IMG/VR virus record: IMGVR_UViG_2061766007_000535 | Reading direction: 5' to 3' (one strand) | Length of the DNA stretch: 56,539 bases | DNA from: an uncultured virus (IMG/VR IMGVR_UViG_2061766007_000535) | Taxonomy: Duplodnaviria > Heunggongvirae > Uroviricota > Caudoviricetes | Part shown: in pieces, positions 50,829 to 56,539 of the stretch | Layout of the letters: every line of letters starts with the position of its first letter | How positions within the stretch are numbered: the first letter of the stretch is position 1 | The notes under the pieces: generated by a model | The model's input: only the letters and a program-made list of their open reading frames with translations | What the model was told of the DNA's origin: nothing | Databases searched by the model: none | Position numbers and translations under genes: made by a program

Positions 50829-50948
50829 ATGAAAGAAAAAACGATCACCGCCTTGCGCTGTATGTTCGACCTGCCCCAAAACGACCCCGTCTTCTTCTTT
50901 GTCTGGGGCATTTCTCTGGCCGTCATGCTCAAACTCGCCTGCGCATGA
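50829..50948 (+). CDS. 39-aa membrane peptide
   Basis: GGAG SD; hydrophobic C-half. Confidence 0.45.
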   Translation: MKEKTITALRCMFDLPQNDPVFFFVWGISLAVMLKLACA

Positions 50949-50967
50949 ACTTAGGAACGGAAGAACT

Positions 50968-51333
50968 ATGAACTACGACAAACTCATTTACAGGAAAACA
51001 ACCCAACCGGAAATCGTCCTGACGGTCGACTTCGGCGGCATCGGCGAACTGACGGTGGCATCCGAATCTGCCGGAGAAGTCACCTGGCGTCGCCTTACAA
51101 CGCCGGTCAGGGACGTTCTACAGGCAAAGCTTGCCGCCTGCGGGTTCGATTCCTGGCAGTCCGAAGACACTTCGCCAGTGTGCTGGGGACTTGAACTGTT
51201 CCACAACGGACAACTCGCGAAACGAATCTGCGGATGCAATGCAGTGCCGGAAATGATTCGGTCGCTTCTGGAATTCTGTACGGCCCTTGCCGAAAACCGC
51301 TCCAAACGCAGAATCGCACAACCAACAATCTGA
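50968..51333 (+). CDS. Hypothetical protein (121 aa)
   Basis: AGGA/GGAAG SD, MNYDKLIYRK; operon spacing with the exonuclease. Confidence 0.6.
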   Translation: MNYDKLIYRKTTQPEIVLTVDFGGIGELTVASESAGEVTWRRLTTPVRDVLQAKLAACGFDSWQSEDTSPVCWGLELFHNGQLAKRICGCNAVPEMIRSLLEFCTALAENRSKRRIAQPTI

Positions 51334-51352
51334 ACACAAAAGGAAACACACC

Positions 51353-51913
51353 ATGAAAATTTTCGCAGCAATTGATCTCGAAACCACCGGTCTCAATCCC
51401 GCCAGCAACGAAGTTCTCGAAATCGCCATTGTTCCGCTCAATCCGGATTTCACCATCTCCACGGACATCCCGGAATTCTCCTGCAGGGTTCGCGCGGAAC
51501 ACCCCGAACGCATCGAGCAGCAGGCAATGGGCGTCAATGGTCTTGACCCGAACGAAGGAGAATCTCTCGCCGAAGTCCAGTATGCCCTCATGGAGTGGGT
51601 TGCCGAGAACGGGATCGAAAGCATTACGCCCCTTGCCCACAACCTTGCTTTCGACATGTCGTTCATGAAGGCGGCCTTCCCGGATTTTTCCAGAATCTTT
51701 TCACACCATGGACGCGACAGCATGCGTCTGGCGTACATCCTCAACGATGTCCTGCGCGCACGCGGAGACGAAGAGATGTTCTCCAGCGGATCGCTCAAGT
51801 CGGTCAAGACCGTTCTCGACATCGAAGGCGAAGTCCAGCACCACGCTCTGGAAGATGCGCGGGATGCCGCACACGCATATCGGAAGATGATCGCCATGCT
51901 GGACATGGCATAA
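51353..51913 (+). CDS. DEDDh 3'-5' exonuclease (DnaQ/RNase T-like)
   Basis: IDLETTGL, AHNLAFD, HHALEDA motifs. Confidence 0.93.
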   Translation: MKIFAAIDLETTGLNPASNEVLEIAIVPLNPDFTISTDIPEFSCRVRAEHPERIEQQAMGVNGLDPNEGESLAEVQYALMEWVAENGIESITPLAHNLAFDMSFMKAAFPDFSRIFSHHGRDSMRLAYILNDVLRARGDEEMFSSGSLKSVKTVLDIEGEVQHHALEDARDAAHAYRKMIAMLDMA

Positions 51914-51938
51914 CCCGCCAAAACAGGACACACAGACG

Positions 51939-52376
51939 ATGAGAAAAATCAAGAGCCGTATTGCCGAACTGGAGCTGGACGAAAAAGCCGTTACCACAAG
52001 TGCTCTTCTTCGCCGAGACATCGCTTATTCACACCGTTGGAAAAACGAAGAACACGAATTCCTTGGTTCTTTATGTGATGCGATGGAGAATGGTCAGCCG
52101 AAGCTGGCATATGCATACTATAACGTATTGTCAAATGGCCTCTTTTATGACTCCATAAGGATTTGCAACTATCGGGAAGCAATCTGGCGCGCCATAAAGG
52201 AAATCAAGGCGGGGATGCCCGGTGAAGATATTATCGCCCATCTGGAGTCAGTGCTTGACGAAATGAAAGACGGGATCGAAATGTTCGACATTTCAGAAGA
52301 GGAATTCGAGAAAAGGTATCCGTCTCCGCCATTGAAAACCGGGAACAAACAGAATCGCAAGGAGGTGATCGAGTAA
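51939..52376 (+). CDS. Hypothetical helical protein (145 aa); allele fragment at 52472..52600
   Basis: AGGA SD; C-terminus conserved in the second allele. Confidence 0.7.
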   Translation: MRKIKSRIAELELDEKAVTTSALLRRDIAYSHRWKNEEHEFLGSLCDAMENGQPKLAYAYYNVLSNGLFYDSIRICNYREAIWRAIKEIKAGMPGEDIIAHLESVLDEMKDGIEMFDISEEEFEKRYPSPPLKTGNKQNRKEVIE

Positions 52377-52714
52377 ATCTGTCGAGAGGATGATATCTGG
52401 CTGATATCGTCCAAATCGCAGCGGACACACACCACGATTCAAAGACTGACAAGTACCGCAGNNNNNNNNNNCATTGTCGCTCATTTGGAGTCTACGCTGG
52501 ACGAAATGAAGGACGGAATCGAAGCATTCGATATTTCCGAAGAGGAATTCGAGAGAAGACATCCATCTCCGTCACACCTCGATTCAACGATTGACAATTA
52601 ACGCAGTGTTCGTTTTTAATGTGACGGACAGAAAGCCTCCTGCCGTCACACTGAAGTAATAAAGGCTCTTCCTCTCGCGTATCATTGCGCGGGGGGGCAA
52701 GGAAATGATGTAAT

Positions 52715-53902
52715 ATGCGCGCATACAGTGCATCAACAGTTATTCGCCGGACATCCAATGCCATTCTGAAATCCTTTTTTGAACACGAAAAGTGTATGAC
52801 TTCCGTTGATTTCGAGAGGGACAAGCTCTATGAAATCCAGGAGGCCTTCCGTCTCTTAAAGGAATCCGATCGGATGCGGGTCGAATCAATCATGAGAAAC
52901 GTTTTTGTCTTTGCCACTGGCGGGACCGCAACATCGCGCCTCTTTGCAGAGGTAAACAACTATGAGCTCGAAGCAGAATGCAAAATCATTACCGACCCGT
53001 CAGCATCGGAAAAGAGTCTGTACGACAAAGTGTTCATGGTCTATTTGAACTATCCGGACATCTGGAAGAAGGCATGTTTTTTCATCGAGGCAGATATGAT
53101 GCAGAATCGCTTCTGGACCCGTTATGCCAATCTGCCGAACATGCATCCTCGCACCGACAAGCCCTCCCTTGATGCTTTTGGCAAGGCCATTTCCGACTTT
53201 TTCTGGAAAAGGCAAATCCGCGGAAACAAGTTTCATGTGCAATACGAACAGCGCTCCGAGAAAGAACACTACTACCTCGTTTTCCTGAGCGACTTTTCCA
53301 ACACATACGATGTCTTCGAACCCGATAACGACGAAATGGTTTCCCGTTCCGAATCCCGGACACTCAGCATGGCTATTGTTTTCGACGAAGAGAGGCATAC
53401 TTTGGAAATCAATGCGCATGGCGGGCGCGAAGTTTATGATACCGTAGCCTTGTTGTTTTCCAGCATCATTCTTGTTTCGGAACTGAATATGCAGCAAACG
53501 ATCATAAGCAATTATCAACTTGATCAGCTCCTGCTCCCCGAAAACAAGTTGATGCCGATACCGGAATGCGGTGTCATGAGCGTCAGGATAGCAAGCATGA
53601 AAATCACCTACAACAGAGGAAACAAGAGGAGACAACATGTGATCAACCTCAATTTAACGGATGACAGTCTATATGAGGAGATCTCGATGTTTTCCGAAGA
53701 CAAGAACGTTTCAAATATCCACATCCGTTTTGTGGATATCATTCTGGGGGTTCTTTTGAATGGGATCATGACGGAAATGAGCATTAAAGTCTTCGAAAAA
53801 TCCTGTGACCTCAGAAGCGCCAGCGATGAACTTCGCTTAATCGGAAACAACTACATTCAAAAGGTCGGTATCGATGAACAGCAGTACCTCAATCTCTTTT
53901 AA
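52715..53902 (+). CDS. Conserved prophage hypothetical protein (395 aa)
   Basis: Long intact ORF overlapping the next gene; function not recognised. Confidence 0.8.
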   Translation: MRAYSASTVIRRTSNAILKSFFEHEKCMTSVDFERDKLYEIQEAFRLLKESDRMRVESIMRNVFVFATGGTATSRLFAEVNNYELEAECKIITDPSASEKSLYDKVFMVYLNYPDIWKKACFFIEADMMQNRFWTRYANLPNMHPRTDKPSLDAFGKAISDFFWKRQIRGNKFHVQYEQRSEKEHYYLVFLSDFSNTYDVFEPDNDEMVSRSESRTLSMAIVFDEERHTLEINAHGGREVYDTVALLFSSIILVSELNMQQTIISNYQLDQLLLPENKLMPIPECGVMSVRIASMKITYNRGNKRRQHVINLNLTDDSLYEEISMFSEDKNVSNIHIRFVDIILGVLLNGIMTEMSIKVFEKSCDLRSASDELRLIGNNYIQKVGIDEQQYLNLF

Positions 53903-54860
53903 CAAATTCCTTCAGATGGGATCCGTCATTGGGGATGCGGAATTGGACGAAGCGGAAATCGCATCCCTCAAATGGAACATTCCCTTCTATCTGCAGCTTG
54001 GCTTGCTTGTTCCGGCATCGCCTCCGCATGAAATATACTGCGAGACCTGCGACGAAATGGCAAAAATCTTTTATTTCAATGGGATGGCCCAGGCCGCTTG
54101 TCCCAAATGCGGAATCTACACCCCTCCAAGGTACCAGTTAAACCTTTGGCGGGTCTGCTACAAGCCCGTCGTTCAATCGCTTTATACCGGACTGGGATGC
54201 ACGGAATCGACCGATCTCATTATCCCGAATGTGCTCTGGAAACTAGGTCGTTGCGGAATAGCGGGGCAATCGCGCCTCGTCTATGTCGCACGGGGGATCA
54301 ATAATCCCAAGACAAACGCCTCAATTATAGGGAATCTTCCCAATAACAGGACCTTCCTTCTTTTGGTGTTTGGGAATCTGCCGCAGAAAAACGCGTGTCC
54401 TGATTTTGAAGCAGACAGAGTCTTCTCCATCAATTCGCTTGTGTCTCTTGGGGAAGACGGCCTGCATACCGACACTGCTCCCATCAGAGAGACTTTGGAG
54501 CTTTTGCTTAAAACGGCCCTGCCGAAAGTCAGAGGTCCGGGGAAGAATGCAAAAATCGGCGACGTTCAGATTAAAATCCGGGATCGTCTGGAAGCTCATA
54601 TCATTGGTGAGTACGACAGAATGGAAACATGTGAACGACTTGATATGCAATACGAGTTCAAAACCCTGTTGCAGAAGGATTTTGTGAAAATGCTTCAGGT
54701 CAACAAGGTTATGGTTCACCGCGCCATCAGAGAAGACCCGTATGTAAATGATCTTTTTAAGGCATCTCAGGACTTTGATCTGATGTGCGCCACGGCAAGA
54801 CACCTCCTAAAAGAAGAACAAAAAGCACTGGGGAAGAGACCGAAATCTCAAGCATCATAA
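53874..54860 (+). CDS. Zinc-ribbon protein with possible C-terminal HTH (328 aa)
   Basis: CETC...CPKC; LLQKDFVKMLQVNKVMVHRAIRE resembles an HTH. Confidence 0.75.
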   Translation: MNSSTSISFNKFLQMGSVIGDAELDEAEIASLKWNIPFYLQLGLLVPASPPHEIYCETCDEMAKIFYFNGMAQAACPKCGIYTPPRYQLNLWRVCYKPVVQSLYTGLGCTESTDLIIPNVLWKLGRCGIAGQSRLVYVARGINNPKTNASIIGNLPNNRTFLLLVFGNLPQKNACPDFEADRVFSINSLVSLGEDGLHTDTAPIRETLELLLKTALPKVRGPGKNAKIGDVQIKIRDRLEAHIIGEYDRMETCERLDMQYEFKTLLQKDFVKMLQVNKVMVHRAIREDPYVNDLFKASQDFDLMCATARHLLKEEQKALGKRPKSQAS

Positions 54861-54884
54861 GATGATGTTTCCCCCGATTAATTC

Positions 54885-54922
54885 AGCCATCTGAAGTCAA
54901 AAACTTTGGGTGGCTCTTTTTT
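54885..54922 (+). terminator. Rho-independent terminator
   Basis: AGCCATCTGAAGT-loop-ACTTTGGGTGGCT-CTTTTTT. Confidence 0.7.
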
Positions 54923-54942
54923 GTCTGTATCGTCTCCTGCCA

Positions 54943-55077
54943 GTTACAATTTGATTCCCTCCGAACCTTTTTGTAACTGCGGACGGGTGCCGGTTACAAT
55001 TTGGCCCCCTCCGACTCTTTTTGTAACTGCGGACGGGTGCCGGTTACAATTTGGCCCCCTCCGACCCTTTTTGTAAC
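54943..55077. repeat. Three 50-bp-period units GTTACAA-N21-TTGTAAC; fourth related site at 55166..55199
   Basis: Units start at 54943, 54993 and 55043, separated by an identical 15-bp linker TGCGGACGGGTGCCG. Confidence 0.9.
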
Positions 55078-55347
55078 TTATACCTCCACAGACGTACTTT
55101 TTGATATCCGATGCTTGTTGATTGGTCGCTCATCATATCCGACAGCCCCATCTAAAAAGCCGCGAGTTACAATTTGCCGGTTATGCCCCAAACTGTAACT
55201 CCTTTTTTTTCGCTGACAATCAGTGTTCAGGACCCCAGTTTATAGCGGTTTTTGAGGCTGTTTTGGCGGTTTTTGGTGAAACTCCCGATTCCACTTGCGT
55301 AAAGCTCCCGCATGGTGCGGAAGCGAGAACCAAGTTGGAGAAAAACC

Positions 55348-55932
55348 ATGTCCGACAAAACACACAAAAAGTCCGAGACCCAACAAGTCTGCCCCACCGT
55401 ATCCAATCCCATCACCGAAGAAGTCCGTTCGCTCATCGAAGTCTTTGCATGCGAAACAATCCGTTTCTGCGGATTCAGCAAGTCTGACATTGATGACCTG
55501 AGCCAGTTTTATTCTTTGGCCGTAGTTGATGCCTTTCCCCGCTATGACAGCGACAAAGGCAACTACCTTGCCTTTGTCAGAGGCATCCTCTTCCGGGCTA
55601 AAAACAACATCTACCGCACAAGAATCCGTAAGGGAACGGATTGCTGCAATGTTGCGATTGATAATCTCCCGGAGGAATCCCCTTTTTTCATTGATGAATA
55701 TACTCTTCCTCCAGATCTGCAGCTCGAAAGGAAAGAGAGGGTTGAACAGATCAATAAGACGTTCGAGGGCCTTGATCCGCTCCAGAAGAAAGTCTGTATC
55801 CTCCTTGCAAAAAAAAGAAACTATTCAGACATCATGCGTCAGCTGAACATCCCCAAATCAATGTTCTACCGCCAGATTATGCCCGAAATCAGAAAAAAAT
55901 TCAGGAAATTTGTCCGGGACACCGAGTTTTGA
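55348..55932 (+). CDS. ECF-like sigma70 factor
   Basis: GGAG SD; DIDDLSQ...AFPRYDSDKGNYLAFV (region 2), LDPLQKKVC...YSDIMRQLNIPKSMFY (region 4). Confidence 0.8.
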   Translation: MSDKTHKKSETQQVCPTVSNPITEEVRSLIEVFACETIRFCGFSKSDIDDLSQFYSLAVVDAFPRYDSDKGNYLAFVRGILFRAKNNIYRTRIRKGTDCCNVAIDNLPEESPFFIDEYTLPPDLQLERKERVEQINKTFEGLDPLQKKVCILLAKKRNYSDIMRQLNIPKSMFYRQIMPEIRKKFRKFVRDTEF

Positions 55933-56011
55933 TGTGCAACTTATGCCAAAACGGTAAAGAAGTACTTGGAGACACTCCATTTTCGCCCAACAGAAACACA
56001 AGAGGCAACAA

Positions 56012-56074
56012 ATGACGAATACTGACTTCATCATCCACGAACCGGCGGAAAGCTACCACTTCCGCAGCCGCAGC
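56012..56074 (+). CDS. Start of a probable RecE-like/DUF3799 PD-(D/E)XK nuclease
   Basis: GAGG SD; MTNTDFIIHEPAESYH resembles the DUF3799 N-terminus; only 21 codons visible. Confidence 0.4.
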
Positions 56075-56084
56075 NNNNNNNNNN

Positions 56085-56539
56085 CTGGAGAAGACCCTTG
56101 TCCGTTCGCTGAAGGTATTCGCCGAGGGCGGCATCGCAGAGAACCCGTCAGTATTTTCCACCGTGTTCGAGGCATGGCAGTTCCACAGACGTCTGCACAT
56201 CGTGTACAACGATCAGAGCGGCACGATAACGGAACGCGACGTCGATCCGCACGTTCTGTTCCTGTACCTGCATGAGTGGCGCATCAAGACATTCTGCCAC
56301 TTGAAGAACGCTCAGCGCACGTTCGTAATCAACCGTATCGTGAGGGCATGGCTTTGCCCGGAGACGTTCGAGCCGGACAACAGCATTATCGATTCCGTCT
56401 CCCTCGACACCATCGTGAGCTACAGGAAGCTCAAAGACGTGAAAATCCGCCTGAGCGGAGACGCGGTCAAGTTTGCGAAGGCAAACCGAATGCATTCCAA
56501 GCAGAAAATCAAGCAGGTCGGCGGCGAATGGCTGTTCAC
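56085..56539 (+). CDS. Second, diverged WYL regulator fragment
   Basis: Manual translation SLKVFAEGG...ERDVDPHVLFLYLHEWRIKTFCH...RTFVINRI aligns with 49503..50561. Confidence 0.9.
   Translation, partial: MEKTLVRSLKVFAEGGIAENPSVFSTVFEAWQFHRRLHIVYNDQSGTITERDVDPHVLFLYLHEWRIKTFCHLKNAQRTFVINRIVRAWLCPETFEPDNSIIDSVSLDTIVSYRKLKDVKIRLSGDAVKFAKANRMHSKQKIKQVGGEWLF

Noticed and set aside
54943..55077. CRISPR array (35-bp GTT...AAC repeats)
   Set aside because: The 15-bp intervening sequences are identical and too short, and no cas genes are present.

Overview
This is a heavily gapped scaffold in which several closely related alleles of one temperate siphovirus-like prophage are collapsed. The same genes recur 2-6 times in either orientation between N runs, so adjacency across gaps is unreliable. 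The host is probably a PVC-superphylum (Lentisphaerae-like) bacterium, judging by a prepilin/DUF1559-type gene and SSGG/AIDA-like repeats. Recognisable modules: (1) head/neck/tail operon with gpW-like adaptor, lambda-type portal, protease-capsid fusion, DUF2190 cement protein, head-tail joining, terminator, tail completion, tail tube and chaperone; (2) a tandem array of tail-fibre/adhesin genes that all start with the same ~25-aa peptide and carry AIDA-like or Pmp-like beta-helix domains; (3) a possible non-canonical lysis cassette; (4) a very large multi-TRD C5 DNA methyltransferase with a second gene overprinted in another frame behind a perfect Shine-Dalgarno; (5) a WYL regulator with a DEDDh exonuclease operon; (6) a conserved gene pair, 50-bp palindromic repeats, an ECF-like sigma factor and a RecE-like gene start; (7) small accessory genes behind arrays of -35-like boxes; (8) three morons: a DUF4160/DUF2442 pair, a 2-TM protein and a 58-aa protein resembling archaeal chromatin protein CC1; (9) an AT-rich RHS toxin/immunity region whose linkage to the phage is unproven. 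No terminase, integrase, tape measure, endolysin, rRNA, tRNA or CRISPR array was recognised. Family assignments come from motif recognition, not database searches.
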